A stretch of 64,000 nt of DNA from assembly GCA_965649765.1 (NCBI GenBank), contig OZ287748.1:23932001-23996000 (forward strand), written 5' to 3'. Position 1 is the first letter of the stretch. Each line of letters begins with the position of its first letter. The position numbers and the translations under genes were made by a program. The stretch is from Bispira polyomma (lineage: Eukaryota). The notes under the pieces are model-generated. The model did no database searches. It saw only the letters and a list, made by a program, of their open reading frames with translations, and was not told the origin of the DNA. Positions 1 to 12,469 of the stretch are shown piece after piece.

Positions 1-261
1 CACTAAGACCTATCAGACAGAATGTATTGCCAATAGGATGAAACTTATTCGCTGAAGCCGACCTTTCCGTTGTTATAGGTCGGGGACACAAGTCGGGACA
101 CTTTTACAAAATATTAAACTTTTTTGATATTCTTCCTGACCTTCCCGACCATCCTGTTTTCGCCCCCGACCTGTACGTTTTGCCAATTTTTCTGTTATCG
201 ATCACAAAGTTGGGAAGATCGGGGACTAAATCCTGAATGTGGAATCCCCACTTGAATCAAA

Positions 262-410
262 GTTTGAATTAGAATTTAGTTGGGTTTACGTCACTTTCAT
301 ATAAGAGGAGAATAGTTTAGGTCATATCACCATTGCCAGATTTAATGATAGAAGAAACCATTTCAGAAGCACTGTAAACCACCGACCTACAGCAAGTACC
401 TGTCAAACGA
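262..410 (-). mobile_element. tRNA-derived SINE, 3' part (family A)
   Basis: Matches the 45775-45960 copy (ttgaatt(t)agaatttagttgggtttacgtcactttc; gccagattta...agaaacca) and the reverse complement of the 3043 and 49974 bodies (gtttgtcaggtacttgc). Confidence 0.7.
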
Positions 411-1869
411 CACATGATAAATATATCCATTAGGCCTCAAATTGTACCTATTTTAATTTTATAAATATAATGTCAACTTAGAGCCCATCTAAAATTTCTA
501 ACTCATCGTGTTTTTTATATCAAAGTTTAAAAGAAAAAGTAACAATTGTTTATGCAAGATTTGTAACCAATGTTATTGAAAAGAACAATGTAAAGTATGT
601 TAAGATGTAAACATTTATTGAACACCTCATCATAATGTATGTAAATGTATATAACCCTCAGTTAAAAGGATGTATGTCATTAATACATGTATACTATAAA
701 TGTATTATGGGCCTAAGGGCTTCAAGTACAATGAAGTTCTTGTTCTATTAGAGTACGAGTCTGAGGTGAGATATTCTGGAAAATATGGCCACTTTTTTTG
801 TTATGCTTATTTTCTACTAAGATTACTAGAGTTCAGGGAAAACATACCCACACTGCAGAAGGTTAAGGGGCAGTGATACAATGCTGACTTTGGTAAAGCC
901 TGACTATCTAGTAAAAACACAATTTCCATATACATTTGATTGTGTCGTGTTTTTGTAGCAGTTGTCTCTCCGTCAAGTGAAAGTTCTGTTTTTCTAACAA
1001 TTTGCTACGGTCAACCTGGCAGACTATATAAATGTAGGTGCCTAATTGAGTCTAAAGTTTCATGCCCATGTCAATATTTATGGTAGTGATTTCTGTGTTT
1101 GCCCCTGACCGGGTGTAACCTTATTTAAATGTCACTCCTTTGAACCCCTATAGTGTGCAGCAACGCAGTCATTTTGCCTGTGACTACTATTCTGGATTGT
1201 GAGCTGTTGATTGTGGTCTATAACTCGTAAGATGACATAATGAAACAATGATGTATTTGCAGTTTGTAATGTAACTAATAAGTGTGCATAATGTATCAAT
1301 GGAAAGATGTTCAATACCTGCTCGCCATAATTGTTTGCTATATGTGAAAGCAATATCTCTGGTAATATATTTTAATCATCACCTTAATCTAGTTTTGAAG
1401 TGAATTGGTCATTAGTAAACTGTGAGTTGCTTTTGTAACACAAAATGTATTAGTACCTTCTAAATTACCCATACAGGAGTGCATATTAATACTGTGACTT
1501 GTGTAGATACAGGATATATGCTTTAATGAAATCATTACAGAGACGTTGTTCTTGTACATGTTGCTTTGACAGCCTGGAAACCATTATAGTGCTTGGTGTC
1601 ATAATTTGGCACAGGATGTTATAAATTGGCACAACTAATACTACATATGGTATATCTGGCTTTACTTGTGATAATTCAAGAAAATTTCACTTGTAAAGTC
1701 AAAATGTTTTAACGTATCTTTTTACTGTTATTATTAACGTATCTATTGCTGTTATAGTTGACCTACAAAAGGCTAATATGGTGGGCAAAAATACAGTCCA
1801 AGAGGCAAATCATCAGGTACCCATGTATGACTTACATAGAAAAAAATGTGACATTTTGACACCTGTGGT

Positions 1870-2394
1870 TTTTGGCAGGGTTGACTCAGATTGACTTATC
1901 ACTATATTTAGAATATGTTTGTGAATGTGGAAAGTGGGTTTAATGTACTGAACTTAACAGAAAACGTTGAGGAGGTTCTTATAATCAGTGGTCCAGGCCT
2001 AATTTATGTCGACTTTTATGTTAAAATCGCCAAGGATGAGGTATTTATGTGGAAGCAGACTAAGGGTATCTAGTATTTGTGTGAATTCAGCCAGAAACTT
2101 CTCCTGGTTAGAAGAAAATGGAGGACCATACACCAAAACAAAAAGAAATGAGGAGTAAGAAACCTTTAGAGTGACGGCCTTAAAAGTAATAGTGGACGGA
2201 ATTTCTGCAACTTGAACTGCAAAGCAATCTTTCACAAAGATTCCAACACCACCATCACGTCTATGGAGTCTACGTTTATGGAATAATCTATAACCGTTGG
2301 GGGTAACTTCCGTAATGAAAGAGGGAGTGTCTTCGACAGTGAGTGAGGTTTCTGACAGGCAGACAATGTCAAAGTTCATTGACTCTGTCAGCAT
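1870..2394 (-). mobile_element. Non-LTR retrotransposon (L2/CR1-like) AP-endonuclease fragment, degenerate
   Basis: ORF 1999-2394 has the APE motifs DIVCLSET, R..GGVGIFVK, VYGPP and LILGDFNI. Homology continues past stops as LLNVF..QYIKPTFH...HILNIVIS. Confidence 0.9.
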
Positions 2395-3042
2395 TGATGC
2401 TTGCGGTCTTTATCTGACATCCAGGATGACCAATAGGTCCATTATTTGGACCAGCATTCAAATTGATGTCCCCGACAAGGATGAGTAGCAGAGAAGTCCA
2501 TAAAATGCTACTCCTGCAAAGTCGGAATGGTTGAAGGAGTTATGTGCACAGAGAACAGGTTGAACGGTTTAGGTTGTTGAGGGATTCATTGATCAATGGT
2601 TTTATGACCGTAGCATGTTCATGTTCATGTTCATTAGTATTTCTCCCATGCTCTGACAGCAAATAAAATGAAAACAAGTATGTTGAGGGGCAACTACATA
2701 TTTACGGACAAGGGAAGAGGAGGTAGGACCAGGTTTTATCATTTAATAAAACTAAGGTAAGGTGATATTTAAATATAGTGTAGCAATACTACAGTAGTGA
2801 ACAATTGAGCAATCAAAGGCGAGAATATCGAAAACTGTATAAAAAGAACCAGTAAAAAATTGTCATATGATAAAAGTGAGATAAGGGTGATGTTGTTTGA
2901 ACTTCAGCAGATAAATTGTAAGAATATTGCAGAAGTACTGTATATTTGGATGAGATCTGGCAATATCTGCAGGCCACTTAGTTACTTATGTCAGTCTGTC
3001 TTAGGCATATGAGATATTCTTTGATTGTAGTTTCTTTTAAGA

Positions 3043-3210
3043 ACTGTGGTAGCCTAGTGGTCAGACATGCTTGCTTCCCCAATCTCTGGTCTCTAACCAA
3101 TGTGGGTTCGAATCCTGCGAAGAGTTTGTCAGGTACTTGCCATAGGCTGGTGCGTCAGCACTGATTTGTTCCATCATTGCGACGTAAAACCAACTAAATT
3201 CAAATTGATT
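3043..3210 (+). mobile_element. tRNA-derived SINE (family A)
   Basis: A-box-like ggtagcctagtggt, B-box gggttcgaatcc, shared body, and tail gacgtaaaaccaactaaattcaaatt. Confidence 0.75.
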
Positions 3211-3310
3211 ATATCAATTAGACCTCTTTACAGCAAGATTTGTTCCATCATTGCGATGTAAAACCAACTAAATTCAAATTGATTATATCAATTAGACCTC
3301 TTTACAGCAA
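3163..3310 (+). repeat. 74-bp tandem duplication (2 copies) spanning the SINE tail and its flank
   Basis: gatttgttccatcattgcga(c/t)gtaaaaccaactaaattcaaattgattatatcaattagacctctttacagcaa at 3163 and 3237. Confidence 0.9.
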
Positions 3311-3369
3311 TATTTTTCTGCTAGAATTACATGCTTTATTAATTATAACGCCGGTATTTTTGTCCTTAC

Positions 3370-3700
3370 TCGTCTCCTAATAGGCTTCCTTAAGTGTACC
3401 TACATCTGTACCATCAAATCATAAGTTAAAAAGGCATTTCAACAATGGTTTTCACATGATGCTCCTAAGCTGTGAAATGATCTGCCTAATGATATTTGCA
3501 TTGCCTCTTCACCTGGTTTAGAAAGAAGCTCAAAACCTACCAAATTTTTTTCCAACTAAGCTTTCTTACAATTTCTGGCATCTCTTTGTCAATGACCCCT
3601 GTACAATTTGTATATGAAATTTATTTTGCTATCTCATACACCTTAGACTCCGCTAGCATGGCAATTAAGTGCTGTAAAGTTAGACTAGATTTAATTAATC
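3370..3700 (+). mobile_element. L2/CR1-group LINE 3' end (ORF2 C-terminus, 3'UTR, tail)
   Basis: Translates as FSHDAPKL*NDLPNDI...FRKKLKTY, the typical ORF2 C-terminus. It ends in aagtgctgtaaagttagactagatt, similar to the tail at 7114-7155. Confidence 0.75.
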
Positions 3701-3779
3701 GTACCTCTTGGTCTTTCTCAAAAGCTTTGCTACCTGTCAAGTACCGCATCATTTTTAAGACCAATGTTTCTACATACTA

Positions 3780-4010
3780 AGCTGTAAACCTTCGTCAGCC
3801 CCCATATCTTGCCTCATTGTTGTATTTGAGCAGGCTTACTAGGGGAAACAGAATTTTAGTCTCTGATACCAAAACCAGTAAACGGATTGGATCCTGTGCC
3901 TTCTTTGTTGCAGCACCTACCCTATGGAATAATTTACCAACCAATATAACATCCCAGGAAACCCTGGCTGGTTTTAGAAGTAACCGTAAGATCATCTTTT
4001 CACCCTTGCT
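3780..4010 (+). mobile_element. Second L2/CR1-group LINE ORF2 C-terminal fragment
   Basis: GSCAFFVAAPTLWNNLPTNITSQETLAGFRSNRK matches the G.RAF.VAAP.LWN.LP...FK..LK motif. Confidence 0.8.
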
Positions 4011-4399
4011 CACTCTTCATAGATTTTTTTCTCGTCCACAGCATCCCGATGACAAATTTGCATTGGAAATGGTCTGCGATTTAACAACTTTGTCAATGAA
4101 TGTTGCGAAAAATATTGATCACTGAAGGACTACAATACTTCTTGTTACTGTCATGCTGGTTGGATTGACAGTTGATTAAGTATTCTAATATGCTATAGTA
4201 GGCTAAACCTAAAAAGCCGTCCACCGAACCTACACAGAATTACACTAATGCCATAAAAACCTTTTTCTTTCTTCTTTTAACTGTATTTATGAGTTGAGTT
4301 GTACTACATAAGTATTATGACAGTTCACTTGATCTCATCTGCAGCAACGCACACTATCCAGTGGCAGTAAATGGTGGCATGCCACAACAGGATAAACAT

Positions 4400-5283
4400 G
4401 ACAAGCTACAGAGGGATAAAATATTTAAGATATTATACGAGAGACATTGAAGATGCCCAAGATGCGCTTGCCAAAGCAGAAATGGATAGCACACACTATG
4501 GAAAATCCTACACTATGGTATAATTATACCCGATGTGATAGAATCTTTAATGCCACCTGGAATTTTCACAGATCATCAGATATTTGGACAAATTATAGCC
4601 ACCTTGCAGAGAGCGGACATTTTGTGAGACGAAATGTACCAAATAAAAGTTTTATGAACAAGAATTGTACCAGTAGAAAATCCAAATCAGTCTTGTAGCT
4701 TGTGAGTCATTGCCGTACAGAAAGCAAGAGGATGCAATATTTCAAACGTTTGCAGAATAATGTAAAAGTTGATATTAAGGGATTATGCGGTGAAAGTACA
4801 TGTACAAAGGGCAGTAACAGTAAATGTCACAAACGCCTGGAAAGACAGCATAAATTCTATATGTCATTTGAAAATAGACTCTGTGAGGATTATGTGTCTG
4901 AAAAAATTGTGGACTGCAATCAACAATGATATGGTACCAATCATTCTAGGGGCCTACAATTATTCAAATGTGTTGCCCCCTCATTCCTATATAGATGTAA
5001 AGGATTTCCATTCACCAAAGGAACAAGCCCTGCACCTAGTTGAAGTTAAAGGTAGCGATACTCTGTATAAAAGCTACTTCTCGTGGAAAGCAAAGTTTAA
5101 TATAGTAAGACAAGCCAGAGGAGAGTGCTAGTTGTGCGAATATCCGAATATGTGAACAAGGCAGAGAACGTCACAAAGGTGTACACAGATATTAGTACAT
5201 ATTGGGGTTATAATTCTAAATGCTATGCCCCAGATGTATTCTACCCTGATATTGAAAATTCTGCATGGAATGATCCCAGCTAA
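4400..5283 (+). pseudogene. Alpha-1,3-fucosyltransferase (GT10) pseudogene
   Basis: Motifs in the expected order: QKWI..MENP, FNATWNFHRSSDI, VSHC..SKRMQY, VDIKGLCG, HKFYMSFENRLCEDYVSEK (alpha-1,3-FucT motif), VPIILG, PPHSYIDVKDFHSPKE, YKSYFSWK, C.LC, KVYTDI..YW. Lesions: TAG at 4696, +1 in the A-run 4901-4906, TAG at 5129, 8-bp insertion at 5144-5151. Confidence 0.92.
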
Positions 5284-5514
5284 TATATGCTATTACAAAC
5301 AAGAAAAATTTATTAAAATGGTCATACTGATCAGAAATGCTATGCATCATTTTTGCATTTATAATAGACTTGTAGGATTGTCATCCAATGGTTCCCATCA
5401 CGGGCGTTTCTTTGGAATCAGGCTTTTAACTTAATCTGTTTCTCAGCTGTAGAAGGTTGAATCTCTTTACTGGTGATATGTTTAATGGATATATATGTCG
5501 TGCATAAGCAGGCA

Positions 5515-5830
5515 AACATTTGACCTTGAATCTCCTCATTCAAGGTCATCGACAGAGTGCCTAAATAGAGATTACGGTCCTAGAGAATTCGGATCTGAAA
5601 TCAACCTATAGAAAATCATCAGCAGGGAATCTTTTGATGTGCTCAGATTTGACCTTGGGCCTCTCCCTCAAGGTAAAACATGTATGGCCAAACTTAAAAG
5701 TGTCTATTTCGCTTATTTTTAGTCAAACAGGTTTTGGATGTGAAACCAACCAGGAAATAATAGCCTGGGAATCTTTCAATGTAGTCCGATTTTATGTGGT
5801 CATGATTTGACGTTTATGAGTTATAGCTAG
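5515..5830. repeat. tgaccttg/caaggtca-rich interspersed repeat (similar motifs near 23500-23760, 46370-46670, 52830-53190)
   Basis: Recurrent short inverted motifs such as tttgaccttgaa...ttcaaggtca. Family not identified. Confidence 0.45.
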
Positions 5831-6273
5831 TTTATGTGTTGATACCATTACTTTTTACATTAACCCTTGGTCTGATGTCCCATTTTCTTATGGCTAGTCC
5901 TTTGTTTCGCTTGTATACCTGTTGGGGCCTTAAAAAATTGCATTCATTTGGATAATTTCAGGCCATTCCTTTATCTGTTTTTGATTCTAAACAGTGATAA
6001 AGACATTTTAAAAAGGCATTTTTTTTATTAAAATATGATCGTTGTCTATACTATTTCACAAGTTTCAGTGGTCTTGAAGTTAGGCTGAAATTAGCTTTCA
6101 CAAAACTTAGTGAGCTCAACAATGTAACTGATAATAACAGTAATCACATGATTTTGTTAGGCCATATAGATGTTCAGTGAATCATTATCACCCCTTTTGC
6201 GTACTGACCCTTATGTTTCTACTAATTCAAGTTGGGCTTACGAAAACCTACAATTCCATACAAAATAATACTA

Positions 6274-9200
6274 CACGGCGTAGGGCAATTCTGGACGTAG
6301 GGCAATTCTGGACGATTTTGCATTGAAATTCACAAAAACCACATGTAATACTGGTAATAATAATAAAAAACTCACAGAAATATTTATTCACCTTTAGTTA
6401 GATACACACACCTTGAAACCGACACTAATCATTCAGTAAAACCACGGGAAATTGCTTTATTGTCCATATATATTTATTTGGCAAGCTGCCATTTTATCAC
6501 TCCAACTATTGCATCATAAACGGCAGGTCACGTGATTGACACAGTCATACATACAAAGCAAATTACATCTTCTTTTTAAATATATACATGAATATGCACT
6601 TTTATAATTATATATATCCACAAAAACCAACTTGAATGTTGAAAAACATTTTAATGTTCAGATTTATACTTTTATATTTGGAAGGGAATTCCGTATAATG
6701 ACATCATAGATTATGCAAATTTTGTGACCCAGAAGGAAGCCACATGATAATCTTTCTATTGATTATCTTATTTGGATGGGAATTTCCAAAAATGACATCA
6801 CAGATTATGCAGATTTTGTGACCCAGAAGGAAGTCACATAACAATCTTTCTATTGATTATCTGTGTTCATAAACCTTTCCGGTATACATTAGAGTCGTCT
6901 CACAAAAATAAACAATGGTAGCCGTGAAATGTCAATATATATAATATTTAAAAATATAATTTATTGGAGAATATATAATAAGCTTTTTTTGCTATATTTA
7001 TTTGATATTAATTATGGTTTGTTATGACATGTCTTATATATCACATGGTGTTTGTTTAGTGCTACATATTTTACTTGGTGAATCTTTTACTTACTTTCTA
7101 GTTTGGGGTTGATTAAGCGCTATAAAAGTACGACTAGATTAGATTAGATTAGATACATTTGATTTGTTTTATACTTCCTGTTTATTTAAAATGTGGATAA
7201 TCCTAAAAAATGTGGATAATCATAATAAAAATGAATGGATACAATTGATGTACTGCCCCTTCCTGCTGGTGAGTATCAAAGACATTTGCAATAAACATTT
7301 TAAATAGAAGACAAAAAAGATATTAAGCCTTTCGACCCCTATGCTGTGTGAGTAGATAATTGGAATGATTGTAATTTTTATGTGTATTTGGGGTCTCCAA
7401 GTTCAAAGGTAACTTACTGTTAAAGTAAAGGGCTTAAGTTAATCAGGTAGGATGACGGCAATCAGTACTGCCAGGACTTATGTCTGTCAGCACACAGTTG
7501 ACACTCCAACATTGTTGTTTTATTTTCCTTCAGATCCTTGCTGTAGGAAATTGTTAGTATAGCAGACTGCCCTGTTAAAAAATAATACAGGGGGTCGATA
7601 TTCAATGTTGGAGGTAGTGTGTGGTTTAATGACTTTATGTATCTGTAACCTATTGCCGAAACGTTTCCGTCAGTTCTTATCCCAGTCACAAAAGGGTTAG
7701 AAGCAATTGACAAACATTTAATTTAATTGACAATTACCAGTAAATAAATTTTAAAGAAAATATTTTGTTCTTTAATTGAATTTAAAGATAGGGGAATATA
7801 TTTCTATTTATAAATATATTTTAAACTCATTTTATTAAATATTGCATAAACCTTATATATTACTTGCCATTCATAATAAAATATATGGGGAGAGTTATTT
7901 TTTAGGAAGAAGCTGTCCCGACAGTTATGAGGCAAGAATATTGGGCGAGATGTCTCGAAATTGATTCTATAATAAAAAAAATTTTTTTGCTACTGTGACA
8001 TTTCATTTGCTTATATAAAATCCATACTTTGACACCTTGGTAGAAGAGAGTGAACAAGCAAGCAGCCCATGTAATTTTTTTTAACCCTTTCGATGCCAAG
8101 AGAAACTGCCTCCCAACCACCACTGCAGCACCACTAGATAATTGCAACCCTTCTCCTTTTATTTGGCATTCGGTTGGTATATCGCCACCGCCGCAATGCA
8201 TTTTTATTTTATCAGTCTCAACAAGCAAATTTAATCACATGAAATTATTTCATATGTTTAACATTACTTCATCTTACAAAGATTTTCTACCTACACCAGA
8301 AGGATCTGTTACAACCATTAGCAGACTGTAATAATCTACCCTGGGATTTGAACCCAGATGACATTATCCATCGGACACTTTTTGGCGTAACAAATGCAAA
8401 GACATATTTAATGAAATTTTAGCCTTCGCCAAGTCTACTTCAACTTTTTCACAAATATGTTATGCCAGACATTTAAATCCATGACTGCCAATCAGGTACA
8501 TACCCATGGATCACGGAGCTGTTGTCTCCTGTGGTGTATCGTAAAAAATAATATATATTTCACGATTGATATTTTATTCATCAAGTTACAAAACCTTTTA
8601 ATATTTTACAACATATAGGTTCTTCAAAGTTTTAATCTGTGTTGATTAATCATCCGTCAATCATTTGGAAATATGCTTGACTGTCGCATTTTCAGTATTA
8701 ACACGATGCAACTGCCTTTTTCTTTAAGAATTTTCACGGTACTATCAATTAGGAAATACCGACCAATCTATTTCTATGTCAGATGGTGGCTTGATGTTCA
8801 TAGACCTGAGAGCAAAGTAATAATTATAGTAATCTACCCTGGGTTTTTAACCCAGATGACATTTTTCTTGTGACACTTTCTGTCATCACTGGTAGAGACA
8901 TAGTCAATGAAGTTCTGCCTGAAAATCAAACCCACAAGTACCAATCAGGTACATAATATATCCAAGATGTCACCTCCGTATATCACGGAGCTCTGTTATC
9001 TCCTCTGCGGTTTAATAAAATAACATATATTTTAACATGATTGATATTTTATTCATAGATTTACAAAAGCTTTCATTAGTGTCCCACCAAAATTTTAAAT
9101 GTTAATACATCCTGGGCATTATTTGTTCTAATTATATACTTAACTGATCCTGAGAGAAAAAAGGCCATACAACACTTAGAGTTTATAGTTAAGCCATCAC

Positions 9201-10580
9201 CAAAGAAAACTCGACACCAACAAAATCGACACCAGTTTTACCAAGTCGCCACTAATTATACATAGCAAAGCAATCCCCACTGCGTATATAACCCAACAAA
9301 ATTATTATTTTGCACTGAAATTCAATAAATTGACGATCCATAGAAATTATAGCTAAATTATTTTATAAATTACAAACAAAATTTATGACTTGCCATTTTC
9401 CGACCCATCGCCGTTTCAGGACCTTTGCTAGGTTGTGAAATGGCTTGGCAGTTGCAGGACTTTTTACAGGAATATATATTAAGTTTATTATTTTAATTCT
9501 ATAAATATAGTTATTTATATAGACAATATGTGTAATAAAAATAACAGATTTAGATTCATAGTTACAATTGTTCGGTGATTATCTACCTGGGATCCCAACA
9601 GATGGCCAATATTTTATGTATGATGGTTTACCATATTTTCGGCCTATTAAGAAAATAATTAATACTTGTGGTTTCAATTGTTTTGCAGGCTATTCAATTC
9701 TTTTGCTGGCTATTTTTTTAAATTTAAGTTTTGAAACAAAATGACACTAGTTCATTTCAAAAAGTTCAACATTGGAAAGCATCTGTTCTTTTACAAACAA
9801 TAATTAAAGCTAATGGGATATGGGATACAGTATGGGCCGAAAATATGAGGTAGGCCAAAAATATGTGCATAAGTATGTATACCCATGTATGTGATACTTT
9901 TAGAAACAAATGCATTGAAAAGGATACATAATCCTCAAAATGACATTTATTTTAACTTCCTGTAATTTATATGCACAGAAACCATCCCATACAGCCATAC
10001 ATAAACAGTTTTCTTGAGTTTGATTCCATTACCAAGACAATATAATGGGCGAAAATTGGGTTAAAAACTGTAAATCTGCAGTTTAAAACCTTGTCAGTTT
10101 TGTTCATGTAATTAATTTGGTTTATTATATATTATAGAATAGTTTTTTATTGTCATTGTAGTTTTTACCTCTTTCATTAAGAAACAGCTGTTGATTAACC
10201 AGTTTAAAAATCGAGTTCGATCTGCCATTCTGTTTGCTTTGTTGTCAGAGTCAAAAGTGGGCGGGGCTTAGCCGTGGAAAGGTCCATTGCTGTTTTTATA
10301 TTCCAAATATGAAAGAAGAATGACAAAAATACTCGCCAGGTGGCCAAGGGCTTCCCCCATATTGAAACTGTCCAGAATTGCCCTACTTCAGCCATATTCA
10401 AATATATCTATTTTTGGGCTCCAGTTAGTTTGTAAAAACACACAACAAGGTGATATTTCTCACAGATAGACACTGCAGAATGTACTATTTATATAATATA
10501 ACATTTCTACTGAAATTTGATTATTATAGATAAAATTTACAAAAAACCGTAAAAAACGTGTAGAATTGCCCTACGCCGTG
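6274..10580. mobile_element. 4.3-kb TIR DNA transposon, TA-flanked, no intact transposase
   Basis: Left end ta|CACGGCGTAGGGCAATTCTggacg; right end cgtgtAGAATTGCCCTACGCCGTG|ta (19-bp perfect TIR). The core GTAGGGCAATTCTGGAC is repeated at 6297 and inverted at ~10370. Confidence 0.85.
6676..6862 (+). repeat. ~95-bp tandem repeat x2 inside the TIR element
   Basis: aatgacatca(t/c)agattatgca(a/g)attttgtgacccagaaggaag(c/t)cacat...aatctttctattgattatct occurs twice. Confidence 0.85.
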
Positions 10581-12125
10581 TATTGTACGAATTTTTGGAT
10601 AAATGTAATGATAAAAGTTAGAGTGGCAACATGTGTGTTACTAGTATAGGACATAAACATTTTGAAATATAGTTATCAAAATAGAATCTTTAAAGAAAAG
10701 AGCAATGTTTTCTTAAAATGTTTTTTCATGAAAAAACTAAAAAAGAATCTACTTTTGAAAATTTATAGATACATAAGATCTTAGGCAAATTGTATGCTGA
10801 TTTAGTATCAGTACCACCATATTGCAACAGATTTAAGCCATCAAAGGCAGGTGTTTCTAAAATACATTCCCTTAAATGTCTATTATATATTTGCCTCCTA
10901 GCTCATCTCCTTTTGTATCTGTACTTGTAGAGACTATCGAATCCAGTATATGCTTATGTATTTATTACCACAGTAAGGCAGTGTCTGATGTGAGTTTAAA
11001 TCACCTACTATACATGTATATGTGGTTTTTTTTATGATATCAGTCAGAGCCTTGGGCAGCATGATGATTGATGTATGCCACTGTAAGTCCAGAGGGGGAG
11101 TTGGTATCATCATCAAATCACACTACATGCTTAAGTTCAACCTTTAAACTGAATTTTTACATGCCATGCTTTTTAGGCACCACATAATTTTAACTCCAAT
11201 ACACATGAACAAAATTGGCTCATTTGTACTCAAATAAGTATATATATATTGATGGTTATGAGAGATTCTAAATTTTAATTATTTTAGAAATATTTTGAGT
11301 CACCCAGTAAACTCTTATCATGTTATTAGATAGACATGTGTTAAAAGTTCAATGACTAACATATGTCGAATAATAAATGAAACAATAAAGTTATACTTAA
11401 ACCATTTGCAAGTAAGTAAAATAACCAGGTTACAATTGATGCAGCTCTAGTCATAGTACAAATGATCATTGTCAGTAAATCTAAGGCAGCCTTAGCTACA
11501 GCTCTATTAGGAGTTTTTTTTACTTTGGTTGGACACTATAGATTCTTTGTATTTTACACACAGTTCTCATAGACTATAGAACAGTTATACACCTGTATTT
11601 GGTTAATTGTTACAGTGAGTCACAACAGTGTCAAATGCTCTTTCTACATGCTATTTGGCAATCAGTTTTGTTGATGTAATGTGGGAATGTTGTGTTGAAA
11701 GTGGTATGTTTTAACATGGAAATGTTTGTGATAGTTTAGCTTCAAAGGTGATATTAAGTTGTTGTGCAATATTTTCCCACATTCTATGCCTGTTAATTTA
11801 CAAACATATATGTATTGAAATGTAAACGCAGGATAGAATCAATACAAATGATTAATGTCTGTATCGACACTGTGGGTTGTATGTGTGTATTTTTGGAGAT
11901 AATATGTTTCTGAAAGACAGCACCAACTATAACATTTTGCCGTGGATTTATACCAGTGGATACTTATGAAGAGTTAATCAGGTTACAAACTTGTAAAGAT
12001 AACTTAACATTAATGCTGTCATATTTGTGTATTACTTTTTCAGTCATTCATCACATATTTATATTACACATAGAATGGCAGCAGTTACATTAATTGACTT
12101 CGGTGTGTGACGTCACTGTGACATA

Positions 12126-12469
12126 ATGGTAGCATGTGACCTAATTAGACACACAGTGTTTATGCTGGTGTCTACACTGGGATTTATTTTCACTAATTTT
12201 TATGATGAGGTGTGGAAGGCACTGGTGGAAGACTTCTCTGTTCGGCCAATAAAAAACCACAGTTCATATCCTGATGATAGTATTGTGAATGTAATTAAAA
12301 ATAGCTCCAATCTGACTGACTGGCAGCAGGAAGAGGGCGGAACATTTAATAAGCCAGAGGGCGGGGTTTGTCAGTTGGGGTATGAGGGAAATAGGATTCA
12401 TCTTTGGAATAAATCCGAGGAAACTTGGTTAAGACGATACAACAAGAGTGATGTTAATGGGGAGATCAG
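12126..12469 (+). CDS. FkbM-like type II membrane protein, coding exon 1 (signal-anchor and stem)
   Basis: ATG at 12126, hydrophobic segment TVFMLVSTLGFIFTNFY, donor AG|gtaggt after 12469 (phase 2). An upstream acceptor ttactttttcag at ~12042 suggests a 5'UTR intron. Confidence 0.75.

Noticed and set aside
7902-8228. Possible macro-domain-like similarity in a - strand ORF
   Set aside because: Only an impressionistic resemblance; key motifs are absent and upstream frames are closed.
6274-10580. RAG/Transib-like transposon (CAC termini)
   Set aside because: No 5-bp TSD, no heptamer-spacer-nonamer pattern and no RAG1-like coding remnant. Only TA is duplicated.
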